DNA of 64,000 nucleotides from assembly GCF_902771595.1 (NCBI RefSeq), contig NZ_CACXXH010000001.1, one strand, 5' to 3'. A program made the position numbers and the translations under genes. Positions 7,634 to 17,047 of this stretch are shown here, in pieces. Origin of the DNA: Fibrobacter succinogenes (GTDB lineage: Bacteria > Fibrobacterota > Fibrobacteria > Fibrobacterales > Fibrobacteraceae). Each line of letters opens with the position of its first letter. Positions within the stretch are counted from its first letter, which is position 1. The notes beneath the pieces were generated by a model. The model was not told the origin of the DNA and did not search any database. It worked only from the letters and a program-made list of their open reading frames with translations.

Positions 7634-8739
7634 TTCTCAACAATCAAAGATTTTTCGTAAATATAGTCAACGTCTTCAGGGCTAATTCCCCCAGGAACAA
7701 GATCGAGCTTTGAACGGTTTACCTTCATGGACGCAGCAAACTTGTCCCGCATCTCGCGCGTAACAGAACACGTTCCGATAAGGCTACGCAGCATGGCAGC
7801 GAATTCTCCGACACTCCCAAGCGACAAAAGCGACAAAATTTTCTGGACATCTTCAGGGACGAACTTGCCACAAACTTCGGTGTAGGCGGCAAGGAAATAG
7901 CCGACCGCAGGGCCATGCGGAGTTCCCAAATGCACCGTAAGGTCGTAGCTCATGCCATGCGGCACAGAAGTACTTGTCTGCGCAATGGACATGCCCGCAA
8001 TCGTCGACGTGAGCATGAGTTTTTCATACAAGCCCTCATCGATCTTTTTCTCGGAAAGGAGGGCATCCTTGCACTCGCCCCAAAGTCTGAGCCCATATTC
8101 CGGACACATGCGGTTGAACTCGTTCGATTTCACATTGAGGATACTCTCTACCATATGCGAAAGAGCATCGACGGCGGTATTGACAATCAGTTGCTTTTTC
8201 GCAAATGCGAGATACTTTCCGTCTACAAGCGCAAGCTCTGGGAAAATCACATGCGGAATACTTTTCTTGAGACCGATTTTGTGATTCGTGATAATGGCAA
8301 CCGGAGTCGCTTCGGAACCCGTTCCACATGTCGTCGGAACCGCCACGACAGGAGCATGGTCCAGCCGATGACTCGGCACCTTGTGAAGGTCATCCGCATC
8401 CACGTCCGGATTCAAGAGGAGCAGTGCAGTCGCTTTTGCGGCATCAATCGCGGAACCGCCTCCGATACCGATTATAAAATCCGCCTTGAAGTCCCTTGCA
8501 GCGAGCGTCGCCTTCCGTACCGTATCCGTCGACGGATTTTCTTCGACCTCGTTGAAAACCTGAAACACGACATTCCCCGCATTCAGGACTTCCGTCACAT
8601 TGTCCAAGGATCCGTTCATCACCGCGGAATGGCGCCCGGTCATAATGAACGCACGTTTTCCTACCGCCAGCATATTCTGGGCATGGTTCTTGACACAATT
8701 TTTTTCAACATAGATATCTGTAGGAACAAAAAAACGCAT
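7630..8739 (-). CDS. Iron-containing (group III) alcohol dehydrogenase
   Basis: Motifs GGGSAIDAAKA and His-rich metal-site regions (DALSHMVES, VPHGMSY). I chose the ATG at 8739 (MRFFVPTDIY); the track start at 8760 is TTG. Confidence 0.85.
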   Translation of the reverse strand: MRFFVPTDIYVEKNCVKNHAQNMLAVGKRAFIMTGRHSAVMNGSLDNVTEVLNAGNVVFQVFNEVEENPSTDTVRKATLAARDFKADFIIGIGGGSAIDAAKATALLLLNPDVDADDLHKVPSHRLDHAPVVAVPTTCGTGSEATPVAIITNHKIGLKKSIPHVIFPELALVDGKYLAFAKKQLIVNTAVDALSHMVESILNVKSNEFNRMCPEYGLRLWGECKDALLSEKKIDEGLYEKLMLTSTIAGMSIAQTSTSVPHGMSYDLTVHLGTPHGPAVGYFLAAYTEVCGKFVPEDVQKILSLLSLGSVGEFAAMLRSLIGTCSVTREMRDKFAASMKVNRSKLDLVPGGISPEDVDYIYEKSLIVEK

Positions 8740-8834
8740 AATGAACTCCTTGTAATTCAAAACTAATAAAAGCAGGCCAAGCGTTTGACAGCAAAAGAAC
8801 TATATTTTGCGAAAAACAGTAATAGGATATATCT

Positions 8835-9944
8835 ATGGACATTAACGAACTCGCACAAAAGCACATCTTGAACCAGCCGCTCTACGTGACCGGCAAGCCC
8901 ATCGCCTACACCGCCCGCGAATTCGGCCTCGACCCGAAAGACATTGACAAGCTCGCAAGCAACGAGAACCCGTTCGGCCCGAGCCCGAAGGGCATGGAAG
9001 AAGCACGCAAGGCCCTCGAAGAGGTGAACCTCTACCCGGATGGCGGCAGCTACGACCTCATCGGAAAAATTGCAGAGTTCCGCGGCGTAAAGCGCGAACA
9101 GATTGCCGTCGGTAACGGCAGTAACGAACTTCTGGACATGATTGCCCAGGTGTTCCTCGGCCCCGGCACCGAAGCCGTGATGGGCAAGCACAGCTTCGCC
9201 GTCTACAAGCTCGCCACCATGGCGATGAACGCGAAGATTATCGAAGTCGACATGCCGGCCCCGGCCTACAACTACGACCTCAAGGCCATGCGCGCCGCCG
9301 TGAACGAGAAGACCCGCATCGTGTTCCTCGCAAACCCGAACAATCCGACCGGCTCCGACCTCACCGCCAAGGAAATCATTGACTTCGCCGACAGCCTCCC
9401 GGAAACCTGCGTTCTCGTGATGGACGAAGCCTACACCGAATTTATCGAAGACACGCCGGAACTCGTTCCGAATTTCAACAGCCGCATCGCCGCGGGCAAG
9501 AACATCATCTGCTGCCGCACGTTCAGCAAGATCTACGGTCTCGCCGGCCTCCGCGTGGGCTACTGCATCACGCGCCCCGAAATCGTCGACCTCATCAACC
9601 GCGTGCGTGAACCGTTCAACGTGAACAGCATCGCCCAGGCCGCCGCCATCGGCGCCATCGACGACCAGGAATACGTGAACAAGGTCCGCGAGCTCAACAA
9701 GAAGGGCCTCGAACAGCTCAAGGCCGGCTTCAAGGAACTCGGCCTCCCCTACGTCGACAGCCACTCGAACTTCATCGCCGTGAGCGGTTTCAGCAACCCG
9801 ATGGACGCGTTCAAGTTCCTGCAGGCGAAGGGCACCATCATCCGTCCGCAGCCCGCGATGGGCGACGTGCTCCGCATTACCGTGGGCACTGAAGCGCAGA
9901 ACAAGAAATGCCTCGAAAACATCAAGGCATATCTCGGAAAATAA
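8835..9944 (+). CDS. hisC: Histidinol-phosphate aminotransferase
   Basis: 369 aa with LASNENPFGPSP and class-II aminotransferase architecture (TFSKIYGLAGLRVGY carries the PLP lysine). Confidence 0.9.
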   Translation: MDINELAQKHILNQPLYVTGKPIAYTAREFGLDPKDIDKLASNENPFGPSPKGMEEARKALEEVNLYPDGGSYDLIGKIAEFRGVKREQIAVGNGSNELLDMIAQVFLGPGTEAVMGKHSFAVYKLATMAMNAKIIEVDMPAPAYNYDLKAMRAAVNEKTRIVFLANPNNPTGSDLTAKEIIDFADSLPETCVLVMDEAYTEFIEDTPELVPNFNSRIAAGKNIICCRTFSKIYGLAGLRVGYCITRPEIVDLINRVREPFNVNSIAQAAAIGAIDDQEYVNKVRELNKKGLEQLKAGFKELGLPYVDSHSNFIAVSGFSNPMDAFKFLQAKGTIIRPQPAMGDVLRITVGTEAQNKKCLENIKAYLGK

Positions 9945-10711
9945 GCCGGGAAACTAACGGCGCGAAATCCGTGCAAGGCGAAAAGCCTCACGGTGTCGCC
10001 CGCGTCATTTCCAAGCGCGGCTTTTGCAGTCGTAGCGTCGCAGAAAACCTGGTCCGCGAGGGCCGGGTTTCTTTGCGTGGTAAAATCGTGCGCGACCCCG
10101 ACACCCCCGCCTATGAGAACGACGAAATCCTCGTAGATGGCACGCCCGTCACCGCAAGCGAGCTCGTCTACTTCGCGATGAACAAACCGCGCGGAGCCGT
10201 GACCACCGCAAGCGACGAGAAAGGCCGCACCACGGTCATGGATATCTTCCGCGAGCAGTACGGCAAGATGTTCCCCGGCAAGACGATGCCGCACATTGCG
10301 CCCGTGGGCCGCCTCGACGCCGCAAGCGAAGGCCTGCTGCTGTTCACGAACGACACCAAATGGGCCGACGTCGTTTTGTGCAGCGCGGACCACCTCAAAG
10401 TTTACCGGGTACAGGTCGCGGGCAAGCCCTCCACCGCCGAACTTGAGCAGATGGAAAAAGGCTTCAACGTGCCGCCCCGCGTCTTCGGCGAGAGCGAAGA
10501 ATTCATGCACGCCGATCGCGCCGCTCTCGTAAGCGAAGGCGAAAAGAACTGCTGGCTCGAAATCACGTTGTCCGAAGGCAAGAACCGAGAGATCCGCCGC
10601 ATGCTCGCCCACTTGGGCTACGAAGTCATGCGCCTAATCCGCATCCAGTTCGACAAATACGCCCTCGGCGACCTAAAACCCGGCGAAATCAGCCCCCTGA
10701 ATCTCCGCTAA
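9908..10711 (+). CDS. Pseudouridine synthase, RsuA/RluB family, with an S4 domain
   Basis: The S4 region is ARVISKRGFCSRSVAENLVREGRVSLRG and the catalytic motif is VGRLDAASEGLLLFTND. The ATG at 9908 overlaps the end of hisC by 37 nt. An in-frame GTG at 9971 is an alternative start. Confidence 0.8.
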   Translation: MPRKHQGISRKISRETNGAKSVQGEKPHGVARVISKRGFCSRSVAENLVREGRVSLRGKIVRDPDTPAYENDEILVDGTPVTASELVYFAMNKPRGAVTTASDEKGRTTVMDIFREQYGKMFPGKTMPHIAPVGRLDAASEGLLLFTNDTKWADVVLCSADHLKVYRVQVAGKPSTAELEQMEKGFNVPPRVFGESEEFMHADRAALVSEGEKNCWLEITLSEGKNREIRRMLAHLGYEVMRLIRIQFDKYALGDLKPGEISPLNLR

Positions 10712-10773
10712 AATTCCAGCAACACCCCTTTGAAAATTCTTTTATCCTATATTTTCTCATAGGAGAAACTTCT

Positions 10774-12402
10774 ATGAATACCATCAAGCGGATTTATTTT
10801 ACATCAGTCATTGTGTCCCTAGCGTTCTTCGCGGCCTGCGGAGATTCTGAATCAACCGATATTACTACACCCGATGACTCTTCAGAAACAGACATTACGG
10901 ATTCATCCAACATAGACAAGGACCGTTCTGCCACGGGCGACTCTTCCGCAACGAAGGATTCGTCCTCCGTAAAAGACACCTCTTCGGTCAAGAGTTCCTC
11001 TTCCACCAACGGCGCATCTTCATCTTGCTCTGGCAACAATCCGTCATCTTCCAGTTCAGGCAAGACCACAATCACATCAAGTTCCAGCATCAACGGCAAC
11101 GAAACAGCCTGGGGTTGCATCGTAAGCGTAGACACCACGGCCTGGCATCTCGTAAATAAAGACACCGTATATTGGCTTTACCCTATTTCCTGCGACGGAG
11201 TCCAGTTGGGCAGTCTCAATAACGAAGCCGACAAGAATCTTCCCATTGCAATCGGCGGTCAAAGTTGCACCTTGAACGACCACCTCGACGGCATTGTCGA
11301 TGTCACCTGCAACGACACCACCTATACATTAAATAAACCTAGCAACACGGGAGGCTTTTCTTTTGCGCCCGAGTTCTTTTCATGCAAAGACACGGATTTA
11401 TGGTGCCATAACCCACATATAGACGAAGCAGATCAGGGTCCCACAGGCCAGCTGACTTACAGAAAAAACGAAGGGGTTTTCTTCGGTAGCGCTGGCACTC
11501 ACGACCTGACAGACTGGGAAGGCATTTGCATCACCTATACATCAGATACCGTTGCAAATATTATTCTAGACCTTGGCGAAACAAAAAACCAAGAATTAAA
11601 TAACAACCTGCCACAAGCTACAATCATTAACAAAGCTATTCTTCCCACAGAATCGTGTTATTTTTGGAATTCATTCAAACAACCTCGCTGGGGTAGTCCC
11701 GCCATATCAGGGAAAGACGCCGCCAAAACCGTGGCCAGTTTCAAAATCAGCCAGCCATCAGAAGGTAATTTCAACCTCATCCGCGTAAGGACCGTTTCAG
11801 AAGGGTACAACGAAAAGCGTAATCGACCAGCCTGCGGTGACATGTGGTGTGGACCAGAATATTCAACTCAGGTTTCTACCGTCACAAGCTACGAAGACGA
11901 ATATGAAGTCGGAGATTGGCAGGGCACAACCGATAAAACCGACGGCGGTTCGTCAACTGTAACCTGGCCGTACAAACTTGGCAACGATTTCAATCCCAAT
12001 GCAGTTGATGACATTATTTATATGTACGAAAGCGTTGCAGGAAAATACACCTTAGGTAGCGGCATCGAAAATCCCTACGTAAAAATCGGGTTTGAAATTG
12101 ACAATATGGACACTCGCAATTACGACATTTCTAAATGGAACGGAATCTGTCTGTCCTACAAAGCCGATTATGACTTCGCCTTGGAACTAACCTCCTCCGA
12201 CAAAAGCGCAACAAATCCCAGGGTAAGCATACCCAAATCGTACAAGCCGATAACAATCGACTTGCCATGGACTGCGCTTACTCCATCAGATGCAAGTAAA
12301 GTTTCTTTCATCAACTTCGTGTTTAGCGGAGCTGCAGGAACTACAGGCTATTTCGCTTTCTATTCCGTAGGAAGGTTGGGAACCTGCACAAAGCAAAACT
12401 AG
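10774..12402 (+). CDS. Lipoprotein of unknown function with a Ser-rich linker
   Basis: 542 aa with a signal/lipobox (FFAAC), a long S/T/D-rich linker and a Cys-containing globular part. No family recognised. Confidence 0.7.
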   Translation: MNTIKRIYFTSVIVSLAFFAACGDSESTDITTPDDSSETDITDSSNIDKDRSATGDSSATKDSSSVKDTSSVKSSSSTNGASSSCSGNNPSSSSSGKTTITSSSSINGNETAWGCIVSVDTTAWHLVNKDTVYWLYPISCDGVQLGSLNNEADKNLPIAIGGQSCTLNDHLDGIVDVTCNDTTYTLNKPSNTGGFSFAPEFFSCKDTDLWCHNPHIDEADQGPTGQLTYRKNEGVFFGSAGTHDLTDWEGICITYTSDTVANIILDLGETKNQELNNNLPQATIINKAILPTESCYFWNSFKQPRWGSPAISGKDAAKTVASFKISQPSEGNFNLIRVRTVSEGYNEKRNRPACGDMWCGPEYSTQVSTVTSYEDEYEVGDWQGTTDKTDGGSSTVTWPYKLGNDFNPNAVDDIIYMYESVAGKYTLGSGIENPYVKIGFEIDNMDTRNYDISKWNGICLSYKADYDFALELTSSDKSATNPRVSIPKSYKPITIDLPWTALTPSDASKVSFINFVFSGAAGTTGYFAFYSVGRLGTCTKQN

Positions 12403-12409
12403 GACAGCG

Positions 12410-14092
12410 CTAGTTTAGGCATTCGAAACAAAGCGCCGCTACCAGCGGGGCGTTCCAATTGATGGCGACCTCGTTGCTCGCAAAAGAGACGCGCTCGTCG
12501 GTATAAGAGAATCCCGGCTGCGGTCCCGGATAATGCGGGAACCTGTGCAGGTCCTGCCTGTCGGCGTTGATTCCGCCGGCGACAAGCCCGGGAATAGGTT
12601 CCTCGATACCGTCGGAATGGCTTATGCGATGATGAATAAACTTCGGGGAACTCCAGGCGGAACCGGTCACGAAGCAGCAGTCCACAGGATTCTTGCCGAA
12701 AACGAAGTCCAGCATCTTTTTCGCGCAATCCACGTAAACAGAAGACGGGAACCATTCATTCACCAAGAACAACGTAAGCGCATGGTTTGCAATTTCGCCG
12801 TTCGAACCCCAGATGAATCTGCGGATGGAAAGCCCGTACGGGTCTTCCGACGCAAGCCGCACGATTTCATCGGCAACGACCTTCAGCGTATTGCGGGCGC
12901 GTACCTGCAAATCCGGGGCCACGGACTGCAAGGCTAGCGCAATCCACCCCAAGTTCTGCGTATCGCGCCAGTCCAGCCCGAACGAAGGCGGGCACTTTTC
13001 CATGTCCGAAAGCAGACGATTCCTGAAATGGTCGCAGCCTTCCCGGCCGCAGTCTACGCATACCTTGCCGCATACCTCGCGGAAAAGCATCGCGCGTACC
13101 CAGAAAAACTCGTCGTCATAGCGCTCGTCACCGTAGCCGCCGCTACCTTCGGTATTGTGCGGGTAGGTGACATCGGGATTCTCGATTGCCCAGCGGTAGG
13201 CGCGAATCGACGCCTCCAAGCACTGTTTTGCAAAACCGGGATAAGCCTTCGCAAACACGCGGTGCGCCTGCGCAAGCGCCCCCGCAAAATTGAGCGTCGA
13301 CGTGGTGGACTTGCCAAGAATCTGGCGCTTCTGAGCCTCGTCGGATTCCTTCGGCGTCACGAAGCCGTCCCAGCGAACAGGCGACACCTTGAAGAACACG
13401 CCACCATCCGTATCCTGCATGCGGAGGAAAAACTCCAGTTCAAAACGGATTTCTTCGAGCAGGTTCGCACGGAACGAGCCCGCATAAAACAATTCGGCAT
13501 TGCCAAAAGCCACGCGCCGGTCATCCGCGAATTCGGCAGCTAGCAGGAGGGTTGCGACCGAGACCCCGCCATTCACGATATACTTGCCGTAATCACCGGC
13601 ATCGTACCAGCCGCCATGGGCATTCCACGTGCCCTCGCGTTCCATGCTCGGGTGAAATTCTATGCAATCGTCCAGATGAGCCGCAGGCCTCGCCCATTTT
13701 CCCGCGCGGTCAGGAGTCAGCTCCACGCCGCTACGCTGGAAATAAAAAGACTTGAGCGTCGACGAAAGCTGTTCCAAGACAAGCCTGTCCGACACCTCAA
13801 AAAACTTGGATTCAACGAGGACATTTCCCTTCGTATCCACCACGGAAATGCGATAACGGCCCACGGTTTCAAGCGAAGTGAAACATCCTTCCCACACGAA
13901 CTCATCCGTATACGAGCAGGAGCCCTTCTCGGCCATAGCCGCGCCAAACACGCGTTCACCGTTTTCTGCAAAGACTTCGAACCACGGCAACATTCCCTTC
14001 AAGGGATTGTCCGTCGAATCGCACGTAAGCAAAAACACCTTCGGCCCCTTGGGGGCGTAGCCGACATGGTTGTAGCGGACCGAAAACTTCAT
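12410..14092 (-). CDS. Glycoside hydrolase family 9 (endoglucanase/cellodextrinase-like) with an N-terminal Ig-like domain and no signal peptide
   Basis: GH9 signatures are GGWYDAGDYGKY, HHRISHSD and SYTDERVSFASNEVAINWNAPL. The N-terminus MKFSVRYNHVGYAPKG lacks a signal sequence. Confidence 0.85.
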   Translation of the reverse strand: MKFSVRYNHVGYAPKGPKVFLLTCDSTDNPLKGMLPWFEVFAENGERVFGAAMAEKGSCSYTDEFVWEGCFTSLETVGRYRISVVDTKGNVLVESKFFEVSDRLVLEQLSSTLKSFYFQRSGVELTPDRAGKWARPAAHLDDCIEFHPSMEREGTWNAHGGWYDAGDYGKYIVNGGVSVATLLLAAEFADDRRVAFGNAELFYAGSFRANLLEEIRFELEFFLRMQDTDGGVFFKVSPVRWDGFVTPKESDEAQKRQILGKSTTSTLNFAGALAQAHRVFAKAYPGFAKQCLEASIRAYRWAIENPDVTYPHNTEGSGGYGDERYDDEFFWVRAMLFREVCGKVCVDCGREGCDHFRNRLLSDMEKCPPSFGLDWRDTQNLGWIALALQSVAPDLQVRARNTLKVVADEIVRLASEDPYGLSIRRFIWGSNGEIANHALTLFLVNEWFPSSVYVDCAKKMLDFVFGKNPVDCCFVTGSAWSSPKFIHHRISHSDGIEEPIPGLVAGGINADRQDLHRFPHYPGPQPGFSYTDERVSFASNEVAINWNAPLVAALCFECLN

Positions 14093-14166
14093 GCCTTAAT
14101 TTTAGATTTTTGCGCCTGTGAAAGTTCCCTATTTCGAGTACTTTCTGTACACAGGAATAACCAACG

Positions 14167-14856
14167 CTAGATCAAATCTCTCGTCAAAAGTTCGCCGTGA
14201 TCGAGGACCAAGCGGCGGAACGGGCTATTCAGGTAAAAGTCCGGGTTATGGGTCGCCATCACGACGGTCGTGCCGCGGGCATTGATTTCCTTGAAAATGC
14301 TGAAGACCTCTTCGGCGTTTTTCGGGTCGAGGTTACCAGTCGGTTCGTCGGCCAGGAGCACATAGGGATTGTGGACCATCGCGCGCGCAATCGCCACTCG
14401 CTGCTGCTCACCGCCCGAAAGCGTGTAAGGCATCGCAAAACGCTTCTGGCTGATCCCCACCAGGGCAAGCGCATCGAACACGGCCGCATTAATCTTGCTG
14501 CTCGGAGTTCCCACGATACGCAGCGCCAAGGCCACGTTCTCAAACACGTTCCTGTCCGGCAAAAGCTTGAAATCCTGGAAAATGATGCCCATCTTGCGGC
14601 GGAATGCTTGAATCTTGCCATCGGGAGTGCTCTTGCTGTCGTACACGCAGTCGCCGGTAAACTTCACCATCACCTGGCCGCCACGTTCCGCATCCGGGCG
14701 CTCGTCCATATAAATTAACTTCAGCACGGTCGACTTGCCCGCGCCGGAATGCCCCGTCAAGAAAACAAACTCACCCTTGTTTATACGGAAGGTGATGTTG
14801 TTCAGCGCCTTCCAGTTGTCCTCGTAGGACTTCGTCACGTGGGTGAAGTGAATCAT
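14167..14856 (-). CDS. ftsE: Cell-division ABC ATPase FtsE
   Basis: Near-colinear with E. coli FtsE by eye (MIHFTHVTKSY...FLTGHSGAGKSTVLKLIY...LSGGEQQRVAIARA...LLADEPTGNLD). Confidence 0.9.
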   Translation of the reverse strand: MIHFTHVTKSYEDNWKALNNITFRINKGEFVFLTGHSGAGKSTVLKLIYMDERPDAERGGQVMVKFTGDCVYDSKSTPDGKIQAFRRKMGIIFQDFKLLPDRNVFENVALALRIVGTPSSKINAAVFDALALVGISQKRFAMPYTLSGGEQQRVAIARAMVHNPYVLLADEPTGNLDPKNAEEVFSIFKEINARGTTVVMATHNPDFYLNSPFRRLVLDHGELLTRDLI

Positions 14857-14875
14857 GGCAAGCGCCTTCCCGAAA

Positions 14876-16162
14876 CTACTCCGTCATGCGGATTTCGATG
14901 TGGACCTCTTCGCGCCACTTCTTGAGGAGCGCGTTCAACTTTTCGTTCTCGAGGTGGTTCGCCGCCATGGCCTCGATCTTGCCGTAGTCCTCTTCGAGCG
15001 TAAACTCGCGGATCTGGCGGGAATCGTCCAGGCGGAACAGGTGGTACGAGCCGTCAATTTCGACAGGTTCAGAAACCTCGCCCACTTCAAGGTTCGCGAC
15101 AGGGTCAACATAAGCAGGTTCCATTTCGTTCTTCTGGAACCAGCCGAGCAAGCCGCCAGCAAAGTTGCTCGACTTGTCGATACTGAACTTCTTGGCAGCG
15201 GCGGCAAAATCATCCTTCGTCTTGATGGTGGCACGGAGCGAATCCGCAAGACGCAGCACGCGGGCAGAGTCCGCCGATGTCGGAATCGTGCGGAGCAAGA
15301 TATGGGCAGAGCGCACGCCGTCTTCCTTGCGGCCGATTACACGCACAATGTGCCAGCCGCGGTCCGTCTTTACCGGAGTAGACGCATACTGGCCGTTCTT
15401 CAACTGGTCGAGCGTCCTCTCGAAGGCCGGGTCCAGAAGGCCGCGCCTGAAGTAGCCGAGGTCACCGCCTTTCGCCGCCGAAGAATCCTGCGAATGGTTC
15501 TTGGCCAGCAGCTCAAACTTGACACCGAAATTGAGGCTGTCCACCAGGGCTTCCGCAACGCGCTTCACGGAATCCACAATGGCGGAATCCGGTTCAATCT
15601 TCAACTGGATGTGACTGAGCTGCACGCAGTTGTACTGGCGCGGAAGCGAGTCCTTGAATGCCTTGTAGAACGCGTCGACCTCTTTCTTGGTCGGGCTCAC
15701 CATACCCACGTGGCGCTGGCGGACACGCTGGACTTCCACATGGCTGCGAATCTGCTTCGCAAGCTGGTCACGGTACTGCGCCATGCTCACACCGAGCTGC
15801 GAGCGAATCGCCTTCTCGAGCGTCGCGAGGTTCACGTTCTGGCTCGCCGCAAGCTGGGTCAGGTGCGCCGTCACGCGCTGGTCGATTTCAGCATCGCTAA
15901 CCACAATGGAATCGCGGTCGATGCGGCTCAGGAGCACCTTCTCCTCGATAAGTTTGTCGAGCACGTACTGCTTCTGCTGCTCTTCGCTCATCGCGGAGCC
16001 TTCAGGAGTTTCCTGGAAATGGTAGAGATTGTTCAGGAATTCCGAACGCATGATGGGCTTGCCGTCGACAATCGCGGCAATGCCTTCCATCAGCACCGGC
16101 GCAGCAAACGCCGTGGAAATCAGGGAACCCAGAGCAAAAAACAACAATCCAAACTTCTTCAT
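14876..16162 (-). CDS. SurA-like periplasmic chaperone / peptidyl-prolyl isomerase with two parvulin domains
   Basis: It has a signal peptide and two PPIC-type domains (GGDLGYF...DRGWHIVRV and GGLLGWF...GSYHLFRL). Confidence 0.8.
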   Translation of the reverse strand: MKKFGLLFFALGSLISTAFAAPVLMEGIAAIVDGKPIMRSEFLNNLYHFQETPEGSAMSEEQQKQYVLDKLIEEKVLLSRIDRDSIVVSDAEIDQRVTAHLTQLAASQNVNLATLEKAIRSQLGVSMAQYRDQLAKQIRSHVEVQRVRQRHVGMVSPTKKEVDAFYKAFKDSLPRQYNCVQLSHIQLKIEPDSAIVDSVKRVAEALVDSLNFGVKFELLAKNHSQDSSAAKGGDLGYFRRGLLDPAFERTLDQLKNGQYASTPVKTDRGWHIVRVIGRKEDGVRSAHILLRTIPTSADSARVLRLADSLRATIKTKDDFAAAAKKFSIDKSSNFAGGLLGWFQKNEMEPAYVDPVANLEVGEVSEPVEIDGSYHLFRLDDSRQIREFTLEEDYGKIEAMAANHLENEKLNALLKKWREEVHIEIRMTE

Positions 16163-16980
16163 TGATTTTCCTTTTCAGTAAACACGGTCGACTTGGAGAA
16201 AATGGGACGTTTCATCTTCCATTCCTTCTTAAGCCGTTCCATAACCATATTCTTGTGTTCAAGCCAGACCAAGTTCGACACGTCCTCGGCAACTTCCTTA
16301 TACGGGCGCACTTCGGCGGAATCGAGCCTTTCCGTAACCACGGCAATCTTCATGGCACCGTTGCAATAGCGCGGAGAAGAAAGCTTCCCCACAGGGAACG
16401 TCACGAGATCTTGGATAATGCAAGAATCAGGCGAGACATCGACCGTATCGAACGGAATGATTTCGACTATGAGCGCATGTTCCGTCGGAATCTTGTTGAA
16501 AACGCGCGACTTCATCTCGCGGTAATAGGCATCCGCATTCGCCCAAGACTTGAACCGAAGCATCGCACCCGTAATGGTAGTCTTCCCGCGGAGGTAAGAA
16601 TCCCGATGCTCCTGATAGTAACGGAGCTTTTCGGCATCGCCCACCATCATGGTATCGGCGAACGTCTGCAGGTAGTAATCCACGACCATCTTGCGCACGG
16701 TAGTTTCGATTTGCTGCGACAGGACGGTATCGTTAGTTATTTTCGCATCCATGGCTTCCTGGTAAATGACTTCCTCTTCCATCCAGTGTTCCAGGAACGA
16801 GAGCTTGGAACGGTCATCCAGGGAATCCCACTGCGGTACAAGCTTATGCACCATCGACTGCGTGAGCTTGGTAGACCCGACCGAAACGATAACGGGGTCA
16901 TCACTGCCAAAAAAGGGAACGTTACACGCGACTAAGAAAAGGAGCGATAACGAGCACAAAATGCGAACTAAAGAATTCAT
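16159..16980 (-). CDS. SurA-N-like periplasmic chaperone/lipoprotein (no clear parvulin domain)
   Basis: The track ORF extends to 17238 and overlaps hrpA. The ATG at 16980 gives the signal/lipobox MNSLVRILCSLSLLFLVAC. The stop overlaps the downstream surA-like start (ATGA). Confidence 0.6.
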   Translation of the reverse strand: MNSLVRILCSLSLLFLVACNVPFFGSDDPVIVSVGSTKLTQSMVHKLVPQWDSLDDRSKLSFLEHWMEEEVIYQEAMDAKITNDTVLSQQIETTVRKMVVDYYLQTFADTMMVGDAEKLRYYQEHRDSYLRGKTTITGAMLRFKSWANADAYYREMKSRVFNKIPTEHALIVEIIPFDTVDVSPDSCIIQDLVTFPVGKLSSPRYCNGAMKIAVVTERLDSAEVRPYKEVAEDVSNLVWLEHKNMVMERLKKEWKMKRPIFSKSTVFTEKENQ

Positions 16981-17047
16981 CGCCCCATAATTTAGAAAAT
17001 TCGCGGCAATCAGCCCACAAAAAGTCCCCGAAAAAGGGCGGGAGCGC

